Shown: piece after piece, positions 1 to 17,742 of the stretch
Numbering within the stretch: position 1 is the stretch's first letter
Layout of the letters: each line of letters opens with the position of its first letter
Assembly: GCF_009914755.1 (NCBI RefSeq)
Contig: NC_060945.1
Strand: one strand, 5' to 3'
Length of the DNA stretch: 64,000 bases
DNA from: the human T2T-CHM13v2.0 reference genome, Homo sapiens
Translations under genes and position numbers: made by a program
Notes under the pieces: generated by a model
What the model was told of the DNA's origin: nothing
Databases searched by the model: none
What the model saw: the letters and a program-made list of their open reading frames with translations, nothing else

Positions 1-119
1 TCAAATTAGATGGATGAATAATTTGAGCAAGATTATTTGATCACATGGTAAGACTAAGTATGATTCTGAAAAATGTCCAAAATGTCTTCCAAGAATGTCT
101 CTGCTACTGTTGTTGCATA

Positions 120-280
120 AATTTTATTTTAGAGTGGTTTTAGGATAACAGTGAACTTGAACAGAAAGTACCAGAGCTCCCATGAATCCCCGTCCAACAC
201 AGGCACAGCCTTCTCCACTATCTGCATCCTGCACCAGAGTCATATCAGCAAGTTACAAATGATGAACCTACATGGACACT
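120..280 (-). mobile_element. Old L1 (L1MC-like) 3' end fragment
   Basis: ttagagtggttttagg...acagaaagtaccagag...gttacaaatgatgaacctacatggacac resembles the antisense L1MC 3' UTR. Confidence 0.55.
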
Positions 281-3200
281 TTGGTTCTTTCTTTTCCTGG
301 TGATCCCGTGGTGTAACAAACATAAATTATCTTGGAGCACCAGAGGTATTTTCAGAGGGTTTCTAGGAATGATATTAGAGGGAAAGTGGGTAAGGTTATT
401 CCTATCCATGCCTCTAAAAGTCCAGCAAGTTCTAGTGAATTCTACAATGAATGTTCTTTAATGAGAAATGGAGACCTTGGCCATGAGAGATGTCATGTAT
501 GAGGCCCTGTAGATGGATTACCTACACTGTAGGCTCGTGGGGTGTGTTTATGGATGAATCCCTTTTTGCAGCAAATGCAAGCACATGCGTGGGATCCAGG
601 CAGGGACAAAAGCTCCCCCTTAGGAAGAAGGTGGGCACCTGGAAGGCCCCTCACTGAGGTGGACACTGGTGTCCTGTGCTGGCTGCACGTTGTCAAGAGG
701 CATGAGCCTGATTGGGCTTGTAGAGGGAGAGCCTCATTGGGGTCACAGGTTATAACAATGTCTGCCATTCTCCAGCTGAACAAGCCCATCTGCTTGCTTG
801 CCAGTGTCAATGCCATATTGGGGTGCACTCTGGAAGATGACAAGATGCACACAAACCTCCTCCCACTAATTATCCACTACTAAACATTCAAAAACCACCT
901 GACTTCCAGAAATGGATATGCGCCTGCAGGGATAAACAGAACTTAAGTATTTTCTTATCTGGGAAAGACACTGCCAAATACTACACATTTCAGGAAAATT
1001 AGTTTGGAATGTTTAAAAACTGACTGAAGGGCAATAGTAGGTGAGGTGATGGCACAGCCTCAGGGCTGCACATGAGGAGGGCTCCCTCCCCCATGCAGGC
1101 TTTTCCTCCAGGAACTGCACCAGGAACTGAGGAAGGATTAGGGAGAATCATGGAAACATCCTTCTGCGGTGCTTGCTAGGGAGAGGAAATAAATTATGAG
1201 TAAAATATTCCCTCTGAATAAAGTATGGGCATTTGTTCATACAAATCTGTATTTCTCAAAGCTTGTGGAGGTCCTGACATAGCCACCATTAGCTGAGAAC
1301 AAACATTTCACCTCTCCTTGCATGGGGAGGTCAAGCAGCCTGGAGGTGTCCCTTTGTGGATGATATTTCCCAGCCCCTTTGTCTTCCCTGCTCATCCCTG
1401 GGCCTCTGTGTGACGAGTTCTCATCAGTGGAATGTAGTTGATGTAGTGTGGTCTTCAGTTTTCTCATCTTCTTTGTTCTCATGTTCCTCTCATGGTGTGA
1501 GGTTAAGAAACTCATCTGCAACATAGCACATGACAGCGTAATCTCTCTTGTGGACAAAAAATTGGCAAAGGAGACCACCAAGTTGACCATCCCGTATAGC
1601 TGACAGTGACAACCACGGGTCAACGTCCCCTCCACAATCCTGTGTCGGAACATCATCTGAATAACTTTATTAGCAACTTTTCTCGAGAATTATCTTAAAA
1701 ACTACTTGTCTCATTTTCCATGCAGTTATAACCTATTTTTCCTAGAGGACAGAGAGAGCTGAATACTGAATATATTGCATGTCTCCTGCTGTTGAAAGTT
1801 TGTGACTTTCTCACTTTCTAATTTCTTATCTGCGCAGACCACTCTACAGATTTTTCACTGTTGTGACCAGCATTCTGAATATCAAGTGTATTTGACGTTC
1901 TTCATATATCGTTCAGCACCAGCTTCTCATCATTTCAGTCCTCACTGACCACTCTAACTTACACAATGTGTTTCTTTATTTGTTTAATTCTGGCATCGCT
2001 CCTTAAATTTCACCAAGCCCATTTTTTGTTATTTCTACAGGTGATTGATTGTTAATTTTAAATTTTACTTGTGCTTACTTTAATCAGGCAATAACCTAAG
2101 ATAAAAAAAAACATTGTAAATAAAAGTAAATGCTGTAATATTTAAGGTAAGTAAGCCAACAGCTGAGGAAAAGGGAAATCCATTATCCTGGGTAAGTGAG
2201 TATGGGGAACTCATAGTATGATTATCTTCTTCAGTTTAATTAATACTGCTACGCAAGTTATAGTGTCCTCTCTCTTTATATCAAAACTTTCCCTAACATG
2301 TACAATGAAGACTCAGCACAGATACCTTCCACCAGACTAACCTAGAACCTCTCAGCGAGTGCCTGAGCTGATAGTGATAGATATCACATTTGTCTAACAA
2401 AAAAAACGACACCCTTTAAGGATATCCACCAGCCATATGGGGACAATTTGAATAATTTAGATAAAGCCCAAACTTGATAGGTAGTAATTTATAATGAGAA
2501 ACTGACTCCTATCTTCACATGGGATGTTTTTAGGTTTTGTTGTTTCTTTTTTTTTCCATAGAGAACCTGCTAACGCCACTGTCCAAGTTCTGGATATCTT
2601 ATTTCCCAGTGTGAGAGACTGCATATTATGGTCTGACACAAAGGAATGTAGCTGTTGTTAGGGATAGGAGATGTGATCGTAAGAACATGAGCAGGGATCC
2701 AGCAGTGCTTTGTCTTTTCACAGTTGCCCAGACAGAGACCCAGGAGAACAATGGGAGAATTGACTTCAGTCTCTCCAGTCCCATACGAGTATTATACCAG
2801 ATGTTTTATGCCACTGTTTCATAGTAGAAAAATTAGTCTCTAAAGAAAGTCCGTTTTGAGGACAATACTATTTTCCAGTATCCTTCAAACGCCCCAAATC
2901 AGAGAGCACCACAGTGCCCCGTGGCCAGGAGCTACAAGACCTGGGCCTAGAAAACAAATGACAGAAATATCAGTTTATCTTACCGCATCTGTCATAAAAA
3001 TTTGAAGACTGTTTCCTTCCATCTGGATAATCATAGGTTGTGATAGACTGGAGCTGCTGGTCTATAAAAATAAACTGGTCTGCAGTGGGTACAGAATTAC
3101 ACCCATAATATAATTGTTCTCCTGAGGTCCTTATGCTGTTAGACCAGCTGACCAAGAAAGTGTTTTAAGAGCTGCAGTGCTTACTGGATCCTGTCATATT

Positions 3201-3599
3201 TGGGGCTACATTTGCAGCTACCAAGAGAAACAGAAAGAAGTCCATTTGGTCCAGGTAGAGTCAATTAATTTCTTTTATTTTATTCCAGTGAGGTAAAAAA
3301 TGCATCAACCAAAATGCAGATGATGATCAAGTGATCAAGGACAACAGCCACTCAGTGTTTCAGGTGTGTTTTAGCCCAAAAGCCACACAACATGTGAGAA
3401 CCTGAACTCTGGAGTCCTGGCCATCTCTGAGGAGAATCTAGATGGTGGAAGGGAAGACACAATCATTAACATCTAGGGAAATTTCAGGGTTACCTGCTGT
3501 AGTGGAAAGCAAACCTTGAGCCTCTGAGACAGTGTGACGTCCATGGAGACTGAGACAGCTACTGTCTCAAGCCCCTGGTCATGGAATAGTCTCAATGTT

Positions 3600-3920
3600 T
3601 GTCTGTGTGTCACTATAGAACATTGTGTGTAAGTGGGATGATGCATACAACTGTGTCTGTGTGTTTGTGAATGTGTGTGTTTGTGTGAGGCTGTGAGCTT
3701 GTGTGTGCCTGTGTTTTATATTAAAATGAGTTACTTACTTTGTGATTGTTACACTATATCTTCGACCAAGTGTGTGGGAGAACGTGTTTGTGTGTTTCTG
3801 TGAGTTAGTTTGTAAAAGCGTATGCTATTTTGAGTGTGTGTGAGTGCGTTCTTCAATATTTGAGCCTATCAATTTGCATGAATGTTAATTTTCCTTAGTA
3901 TGTGTGAGTTGCATACTTGA
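3600..3920. repeat. Degenerate (TG)n-rich low-complexity tract, resuming at ~4690-4850 after the MER4A insertion
   Basis: Dense gtgtgt runs visible directly. Confidence 0.7.
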
Positions 3921-4664
<744 letters not shown>

Positions 4665-4864
4665 AGGGAATATAGTTGATTTGACGCTAGTGTGACCAGG
4701 AATATTTGAGTGTGTGTGTGCTCTTTGTATTACTTGGTGAGTGTGTGCCCCTGTGTGTGTGGGGGGGTCATTACCTGTGACTCTACATATGAAGGTGTTG
4801 AGAGTGTGTGTGAGTCTGTGAGCATGTTTATATACATGTGGATTGTTAGTATGCATGCTTTTAG

Positions 4865-5460
<596 letters not shown>

Positions 5461-6834
5461 AGAGATTCATCTCTTGACCTCAGTGTCACATGTCTGAAAA
5501 TATCAAGTATGTTTGAGTGTCAGAACCTGAGAAAGAAGCGTTGCCTATAATAAAACCTTCATAAAATAAACAACTGATTTCTCACCAAATTCATGAAGGC
5601 AAAAACTCATTGAGGTGGCGTATCAAAAGACTGAAATACACTGTCAATCAAGAATTATACACTTTCAAAGAAACCTTCAAAAGTGAAGGAGAAATTAAGG
5701 TGAAGATAAAGAAACAAACGCTGATGGAGTTCATGGAACCTAGACAGTCCTTATGAGAAATGCTATATGGAGTCCCACAGACTGAACTGAAAGGAGAGTG
5801 GAGAGGAGCAGAAAATCTTACACCTAAAAAGAACAACAGCAACAAGGAAGGTGTCCCAGAAATGTCATTACATTTGTGTATGTGAGCGCCAATAGTGTTT
5901 TATTCTGCCCTGAGTCTCATGTTTCATTCCTCCATTATTTTGAAAATCAAGTACCATAATATTAATTATACATGTAAATAATATACATATAATTTGTAAA
6001 ATACTAATATATAGTAATAACACAGTAAGGGAAGATGGATAGAGCTGTAGAGACACAGATTTGTATGCACTATCGATGCTAAGGTAATCATAATTCAATC
6101 TATTTTGTTATAAATTTGAATTACCAATTTTAGTGTCCATGTTAGCTATAAATATGTAACTAAAATTTTAAAAAAAAATCAGCATGACAGCTGAATAGAT
6201 GTGCCTGACATTCGTCAATCCCATATGACGGAATGACAGAATTGAATAAACAGCTAAGACTAGACTGGACTGATGAAAGGGAGAAGTAGAGGATAGCAGG
6301 GGAGAGGAGAGGTCCCTGTGGTTATTAGAAGCCCAATAGTGCTTCTAATAGTGAAAGCACCCTGTGTCTGCAGCTTCATACTCGAGATTCACATGGGATT
6401 ATCCCTGGTGAGGAAAGTTAAGTAGAAGAAGCACATCAGACCCCACTGCAATCACACATGTCAACAATCCTTACTGTAAAATAAATTCACAGGGCTTGCA
6501 AACCCTGAGCTCAACTTGGAGAGCTGGAAGGAATTCATGCATCTGTACTGCACAAGATTAGGAGAAAAATCTGTATTCCTTGCCCACCACCCATCCCATT
6601 AGCCAAAATGCTATAGCCTGTCACAACTTTGAGACCAGAGACACTTCTGGAGGGTGCCCTTCTTTGGGGCAGTAGTCATTGCATGTCTCCACACTGGGCC
6701 TCTGTTTCCATTCCATCAAACACACAAGTGGGTAAAGGCCAAAATACTAGCTGCACAAAGCCTAGAGCCAAGATCCCCTTTGGCTCTGGTGTTGCCCAGC
6801 AGGAAACCAACCCCTGAACAGGGCAATAACAAGT

Positions 6835-7250
6835 CACAAAATTGAAGCATTAATAAAAGGTCTTCCAGGAAAGAAAAAAAACCCAGGACTCAATGGCTTC
6901 ATTGCACAATTGTGACAAATATTTAAAGAAGAAACAATATCTATCCTCCTCAAAATATTAAAAAATAGGTAGAGAAGGAGGGAGTACTTTCAAACCTGCT
7001 CTATGAGACCAGTATTACCCTGAAATGAAAACCAAATAAAAACATAAAAAACACTACAGGCCAATGTCTCTGATGAATACAGATGCGAAAATCCTCAAGG
7101 AAAACTTAGCAAACACCATTCAACAACACATTAAAAAAATCATGCATCATGACCAAGTGCAGTTTATCCCAGTGATTCAAGGATGGTCCAACATATGGAA
7201 ATCAATCAATGTGACACATCACATCAACAGAAAGGACAAAGGCCATAAGA
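6835..7250 (+). mobile_element. L1 ORF2 (RT region) fragment
   Basis: Translation [35 protein letters not shown] is L1 ORF2p-like. Confidence 0.85.
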
Positions 7251-7527
7251 TCAGGCCTCACCTTGTCCTCCTCATTCAAAGTCTACCATCAGAGCTTTGG
7301 TCCTCTTGGCCAGTCCTGCTGTACTTGGTCTCCTGTGATTCCTCTCCCAGATCCTGAAACCTTGGGCTTCTGTGCACCTGCAGTCTCTCACCTCCTTGGA
7401 CATGGAGATCCTGTATTCTCAGAGACAGATGATGCCTCATTGTGTCTCCTATGGCCCATGCAAATGATTTCCCCAACACAGTCATGAGTTTTCCTGTATG
7501 AAATTGAAAGGGGATGTGGGGAACTGG

Positions 7528-7552
7528 TGTGCGTGTGTGTGTGTGTGTGTGT
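7528..7552. repeat. (GT)n microsatellite
   Basis: Visible directly. Confidence 0.9.
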
Positions 7553-8307
7553 TCACAGTGGTACAAAAGGAGTCCTCAGGCATGCTAAGGTGTTGTGAAC
7601 TAGGGTGATGTTGTCACTCAAGGCTACAATGGGGGCTCCATGAAGAGAAATCTAGAAAAGGATAAGCATATGAGCAAAGAAGCAAAACCTGGGGAGTAGC
7701 AGGGAGGGGACCAGGAGCGGTGACTCAACCGGGCAGGGAAAACACCACGTACAACAGAGGGTGAGAATTCTGTGCTCAGCAAAGAGGAGAACTCACTCAG
7801 CATTTCCCTCAATTTTCCCTCAAGAACTTTCCTGTGCCAGGAAAGTTCACAATGGAGAATCTCCAGCTCCAGGTGGGACCCCAAAAGAGGCAGGGGGACT
7901 TTAGGCCATAGGTCTTGTGCACAAGGTTTTTCCCCAGTTCCTACCCCTTTCCTTTCCTCTCTGTCCAGCAAACCTGCTTGTTTCTGTCACCTGCCTTCCT
8001 GTCCTTGGGGTAAGAATGGATGCCTTGACACTCAGCAGAGGGATGCTCTTTCAGAGGAGGAATTAGTTTGTGTCATCTGACTCCTGAGCAGGAAAATCAT
8101 GCCTGGGAAGAGGTTCCAAGACAGAGGTCCGCCGTGGTTCCTGCCCCTTATATGTGCGGGGCTCCTGGCACATGCACACTTCTCCTCAAACTCTGTTTAC
8201 ACCCCAGCAACAATGCTGGGTGTTGTCAGCCCCTCTCCTCCCCAGATACCGCTCTGTCATCAGCCAAGGAACAAATTCCCCATGAAAGACATTATTCTTT
8301 CTCTCAA

Positions 8308-8748
8308 GAAGATCAACTACTTATATCTCTTCCTTTGCTGACAGCTTTGCAGGGTGAACATCTAGAATTTAAAAAAGGGTTGATGTGGACAAGTGAGCTC
8401 TCTGTGTGGCTCACCAGGATGTTCCCTCTTATTCCAGGTGTCCTGTCCCATGTGTAGGTGCAGGAGTCAGGTCCAGGACCCATGAGGCCCTCAGACACTG
8501 CCCTCCACATGTGCTGTGTCTGGATTCTTTTTTACCATGGATACTATTTGAGCTGAATCCACCATCCCCTGGGCAACAGGCTGGAATGGCTGGGGCACAG
8601 TTACTAGAGTCGATCACCAAGGAATACACATCATGCTCCCTCCACCCAGGTCCATGTCCCCATCAACAATGACTCAACCAAGAGCCAGTTCTCTGTGAAG
8701 CTCAGCTCCATGGCTGCCCAGGACACAGCTGAGTATTACTGTGAAAGA
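8308..8748 (+). pseudogene. IGHV clan II (IGHV4/IGHV6-like) orphon pseudogene: degenerate leader (~8308-8353), 84-bp intron (8354-8437), V-exon (8438-8748)
   Basis: Acceptor ttattccag|GT GTC CTG TCC, then CAT GTG TAG GTG CAG GAG TCA GGT CCA GGA (QVQLQESGPG-like with a TAG at 8455-8457); frameshift in FR1; FR3 CAG TTC TCT GTG AAG CTC AGC TCC...GAC ACA GCT GAG TAT TAC TGT; leader donor CAG G|gtgaac; no ATG at the expected position. Confidence 0.9.
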
Positions 8749-8787
8749 CTTAATGAGAAGGTGTCCTTGTGAGCCCTGACACAAACC
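8749..8787 (+). other. Defective 23-bp-spacer recombination signal sequence
   Basis: Heptamer CTTAATG (8749-8755; consensus CACAGTG), exactly 23-nt spacer, nonamer ACACAAACC (8779-8787). Confidence 0.85.
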
Positions 8788-9709
8788 TTGCTGGCAGGGC
8801 ACTCAGGACTGCCAGGAAGACTCAGGACCACAGAGGGGACTCAAGACCACCAGGGAAGAGCAGGTTGCAGGAAGCACAGGGCCAGCCCCAGAGCAGTTGG
8901 GGGTAGAGATGAGAGGTTGGTTTACTGCCAGGTTCTGGGGTTGCCTCACCATCTTCATGTTTCCTCCAGGGACCCTCTCTTATTTCATGGTGCTGTGTCT
9001 AGCTCTACATCTCTAAAATACCACAGTTTTGTTGTACCAGGAGGAAACCTTCTCACAGGCCCTAAATGTAGAGCAATCTCTCTGCCAGTGGTCACTAGGA
9101 TCACAGCCCTGAGGAAGCTGAGGGTAACCTGGTGAATCTTCTCCAGTCACATTTGGGACAGGAACCTTAGCGGGGTTCCCTGAGGAGAACAGTCTCAGGA
9201 ATCCTAACCTCAGCCAAGACAGAGGCTGGGCCAGATCAATGTCAGATAGAACCTCACAAGTTTTATGTCTGACCCTTCTCCACCAACAATAAAGCATGCC
9301 AATCAGTATCAGCGCCGATCTGGGGCCCTTTTACTCCTAGCCCATTCTGTTTCTCTTTATTTGTTGTTGTTATTCTTGCTTTTCCTTGTACTGCTGCTGC
9401 TCCCTGTAAAGTGGGGATGTGGTTCTTGCTGCCAAAGCTCCAGGGCTCAAGCCCATTCCTTGCAGCTCAGGTGGGGCTCAGGCTGTGGCTCCTGCAGCCA
9501 CACGGGAGAGGCTGATGGGACTTTCTTCTCTCTCATTGCACGAGACCCTCCAGTGTGTTGTGTGGAGACTCACCTGGGAAAGGAAGTGGCCAATAGTAGT
9601 GAAGGGGATGAGCTTGTGTGGACAAAATGGGATGTGGATATGAAATTTGTCCTGTGCTGTGCAAGCTACCACAAAGTCACCTTCCTCACCAGTGGCGTTA
9701 TAAATAGTG

Positions 9710-10025
9710 TGTGAAAGTTGTCAGAATCAAAATGGAGCCACTTGTGTTAAAACCCTGACAAATGGAACTAGGAATGACCATGAAGGAGGGTTCGCATGCA
9801 CATACTCCTGATAAGAAGAACTACCATAAATTGACTCTGCTTAATCACAACCTTGGATAGAAGCCACCAACACCATATAAAACTTCCTTCTACAAAGATA
9901 TGTGTCCAGCAACTGCCTGTTCAGCCTTATACTGATGCCACCCTTGGTATTGATTCTACAAGCACAGGATAATTCTTTCAAAACAGCTTATGTAACCCAC
10001 CTCATTTTCACTTCATAAACCTATG
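9710..10025 (+). mobile_element. MER39-like LTR fragment
   Basis: Starts tgtgaaagttgtcagaatcaaaatggagccacttgtg, as in the recalled MER39 consensus; 3' part missing. Confidence 0.7.
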
Positions 10026-10194
10026 GATTGACATCCTGTAGTCACTGCTGCATTTCTTATTAATGTTAATAAGCCCCCTTTACAATATTCGAAACAATTT
10101 TTCTCTGATATCTCTTCTAAAATAAAGAATTTCCAAGTTGACGCCAATAAAGAAGATACTTAGGAAGATCTATTTGGCATATTTGGAAGGCATA

Positions 10195-10500
<306 letters not shown>

Positions 10501-11767
10501 AGGAAGCCATCTTTAACATCCTGTTGAATGATTCTGCATAGCACATCAATCCCTTAAAATACTTTGCTGTATCGGCTTGTGATTAATCAGTATATAAAAC
10601 TGAAGGTAAAATGGGAAATACATGGGCTTTTGATGAACCAAGCCATAGGGTGATAATGTCTGTGTCCTTGAGGAAGCAGACTAAGGGTTGTAAGTTCTGG
10701 TGGGAGTACCTTTGGCAAAGGGAGTTCCTGAGTTTCTGGATATTATGCTACTTTTAACTTAAAGATGCAATTTATGATTTATTTTTACTTAAATCTTTCC
10801 AGAAGATATTTGGCAGTAAGGACAGGATAGCGTTTGTGTGATACTGATGACTTAGAGAGTTATTTTGTAATTGTTCCTGTAAGGTATGCACATTGCTCAC
10901 TTGATGAAGTACAAATGTCACAGGTGGGAAAATCAGATTAAGCAGATTTTATCAAATGTCATGGCTGTAATTTTTGGCAAGAAAATGCTTCACATCAACC
11001 AGAAAATAAACAGAAAACAAGAAAACATATTCAAATCCAGTGGGAGTCTGACCTCTGTCCTTCTCTGTTATAAGTACAAGGTTGTTCCACATCCAAATTA
11101 TTCTTCAGGCTCCAGGGAATGAAATGCTTTTGGACTGTGAAAGCTAATAGCTCTCCCCTCAGGCAGGGCTAAGTTATCTGGGGAATGCAGAGTTGTGTTC
11201 ATGAGGAAGATGGCACTATTGTGTCTTCTTCTGCATTGCCCCATCACACGGGTGAGGAATTTTTGAAACCAGTGAAGTGTGAGTGCACAGTAAGTGATGA
11301 AGTTATCATATATCCATGAACTTTCATTAATAGGCCAAGGCCTTCTACAGATCACTCATGCACAAATATCCAAAATGTGTTTTTCCATTTTTTGATGTCT
11401 AGAGAAAAATATCTGTTGAGGAAACTTCTTCAGCTTACAGAGATCTGCTTAAGTTTGAGATCCCATAGGAGAGTGTCTTTGAGTGAATTCCAGTCTATTA
11501 ATTAAATAGGTCCAAATTCTCTCTGTTGGAGTAGCCTTCCAATTGTGCTGATTTCTTTTTTTTTATTATACTTTAAGTTTTAGGGTACATGTGCATAACG
11601 TGCAGGTTTGTTACATATGCATACATGTGCCATGTTGGGTGTTGCACCCATTAACTCATCATTTACATTAGGTATATCTCCTAATGCTATCCCTCCCCAC
11701 TCCCCTCACCCCACAACAGGCCCCAGTGTGTGATGTTCCCCTTCCTGTGTCCATGTGTTCTCATTGT

Positions 11768-15584
<3,817 letters not shown>

Positions 15585-15647
15585 TGTGATGTTAGCTGGT
15601 TATTTGGCTCGTTAGTTGATGCAGTTTCTTCCTAGCTTTGGTGGTCT

Positions 15648-16656
15648 TTACAATTTGGCATGTTTTTGCAGTGGCTGTTACCGGTTGTTCCTTTCCATGT
15701 TTAGTGCTTCCTTCAGGAGCTCTTTTAGGGCAGGCCTGGTGGTGACCAAATCTCTCATCATTTGCTTGTCTGTAAAGGATTGTATTTCTCCCTCACTTAT
15801 GGAGCTTAGTTTGGCTGGATATGAAATTCTGGGTTGAAATTATTTTCTTTAAGAATGTTGAATATTGGCCCCCACTCTCTTCTGGCTTGTAGAGTTTCTG
15901 CCGAGAGATCCACTGTTAGTCCGATGGGCTTCCCTTTGTGGGTAACCCAACCTTTCTCTCTGGCTTCCCTTAACATTTTTTTCCTTCATTTCAACTTTGG
16001 TGAATCTGACAATTATGTGTCTTGGAGTTGCTGTTCTTGAGGAGTATCTTTGTGACATTCTCTGTATTTCCTGAATTTGAATGTTGGCCTGCCTTTCTAG
16101 ATTGGGGAAGTTCTGGATAATAGCCTGCAGAGTGTTTTGCAACTTGGTTCCATTCTCCCCGTCACTTTCAGGTACACCAATCAGACATAGATTTGGTCTT
16201 TTCACATAGTCCCATATTTCTTGAAGGCTTTGTTCTTTTTATTCCTTTTTCTCTAAACTTCTTTTCTCACTTCATTTCATTCATTTGACCTTCCATCACT
16301 GATAACGTTTCTTCCAGTTGATTGAATCAGCTACTGAAGCTTGTGCATTCATCACACAGTTCTTGTGTCATGATTTTTAGCTCCTTCAGATCCTTTAAGG
16401 ACTTCTCTGCATTGGTTATTCTAGTTAGTCATTCGTCTAATCTTTTTTCAAGGTTTTTAACTTGTTTGCCATGGGTTTGAGCTTCCTCCTTTAGCTTGGA
16501 GAAGTTTGATAGTCTGAAGTCTTCTTCTCTCAACTCATCAAAGTCATTCTCCATCCAGCTTTTTTCCATTGCTGGTGAGGAGCTGCATTCCTTTGGAGAA
16601 GGAGAGGCACTCTGATTTTTAGAATTTTCAGTTTTTCTGCTCTGTTTTTTCTCCGT
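15648..16656 (-). pseudogene. L1 ORF1, disrupted
   Basis: Start codon is ACG (16654-16656); KRPNLCLIGVPESDGENGTKL and RHIIVRFTKVEMKEK are followed by a frameshift. Confidence 0.93.
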
Positions 16657-17232
16657 CTTTGTGGATTTATCTACCTTTGGTCTTTGATGAAGGTGATGTA
16701 CAGATGGGGTTTTGGTGTGGATGTCCTTTCTGTTTGTTAGTTTTCCTTCTAACAGTCAGGACCCTCAGTTGCAGGTCTGTTGGAGTTTGCTGGAGGTCCA
16801 CTCCAGACCCTGTTTGCCTGGGTATCAGCAGTGGAGGCTGCAGAACAGTGAATATTGGTGAACAGCAAATGTTGCTGCCTGATCCTTCCTCTGGATGTTT
16901 CATCTCAGAGGAGTACCCGGCCATGTGAGATGTCAGTCTGCCCCTACTGGGGAGTGCCTCCCAGTTAGGCTACCTGGGGGTCAGGGACCCACTTGAGGAG
17001 GCAGTCTGTCCATTCTCAGATCTCAAGCTGCATGCTGGGAGAACCACTACTGTCTTCAAAGCTGTCAAACAGGGACAATTTAAGTCTGCAGAGGTTTCTG
17101 CTGCCTTTTATTTGGCTATGCCCTGCCCCCAGAGGTGGAGTCTACAGAGGCAGGCAGGCCTCCTTGAGCTGTGGTGGGCTCCACCCAGTTCGAGCTTCCT
17201 GGCCACTTTGTTTATTTACTCAAGCCTTGGCA

Positions 17233-17742
17233 ATGGCAGGCCCCCCTTCCCCAGCCTCGCTGTTGCCTTGCAGTTTGATCTCAGAGTGCTGTGCTAGCAA
17301 TGAGCAAGGCTCTGTGGGCGTAGGACCCTCCAAGATATGCACGGGATATAATCTCCTGGTGTGCTGTTTGCTAAGACCATCAGAAAAGCACAGTATTAGT
17401 GTGGGAGTGACCCGATTTTCCAGGTGCCATCTGTCACCCCTTTCCTTGGCTAGGAAAGGGAATTCTCTGACCCCTTGCACTTCCTGGGTGAGGCAATTCC
17501 TCGCCCTGCTTTGGCTCATGCTCGGTGCGCTGCACCCACTGTCCTGCACCCACTGTCCGACAGTCCCCGGTGAGATGAACCTGGTACCTCAGTTGGAAAT
17601 GCAGAAATCATTCATCTTCTGTGTCGCTCACACTGTGAGCTGTAGACTGGAGTTGTTCCCATTCGGCCATTTTGGAACCACCTCTGAGTTTTGGTTTCTT
17701 GATAGAACCTGGACAGGTGGGCTGAGGTGCTGTGGGACATAA
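17233..17742 (+). CDS. L1 antisense ORF0 homolog, open for 169 codons and extending past the L1 end (putative; expression unknown)
   Basis: MAGPPSPASLLPCSLISECCASNEQGSVGVGPS...VGVTRFSRC resembles recalled L1HS ORF0; gcaATGG context. Confidence 0.4.
   Translation: MAGPPSPASLLPCSLISECCASNEQGSVGVGPSKICTGYNLLVCCLLRPSEKHSISVGVTRFSRCHLSPLSLARKGNSLTPCTSWVRQFLALLWLMLGALHPLSCTHCPTVPGEMNLVPQLEMQKSFIFCVAHTVSCRLELFPFGHFGTTSEFWFLDRTWTGGLRCCGT

Noticed and set aside
493-883. ORFs with faint resemblance to a HOMER/EVH1 segment, and an ACACAAACC nonamer at 849-857
   Set aside because: Similarity is too weak to call; there is no heptamer (TGGGGTG at the expected place) and no V-region motifs upstream.
2400-3260. 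Possible degraded retroviral env-like sequence on the minus strand
   Set aside because: No recognisable motif or flanking LTR pair; needs a Dfam search.
7458-7465. Perfect Ig octamer ATGCAAAT
   Set aside because: About 850 bp upstream of the IGHV leader, much further than the usual VH promoter position; may be chance.
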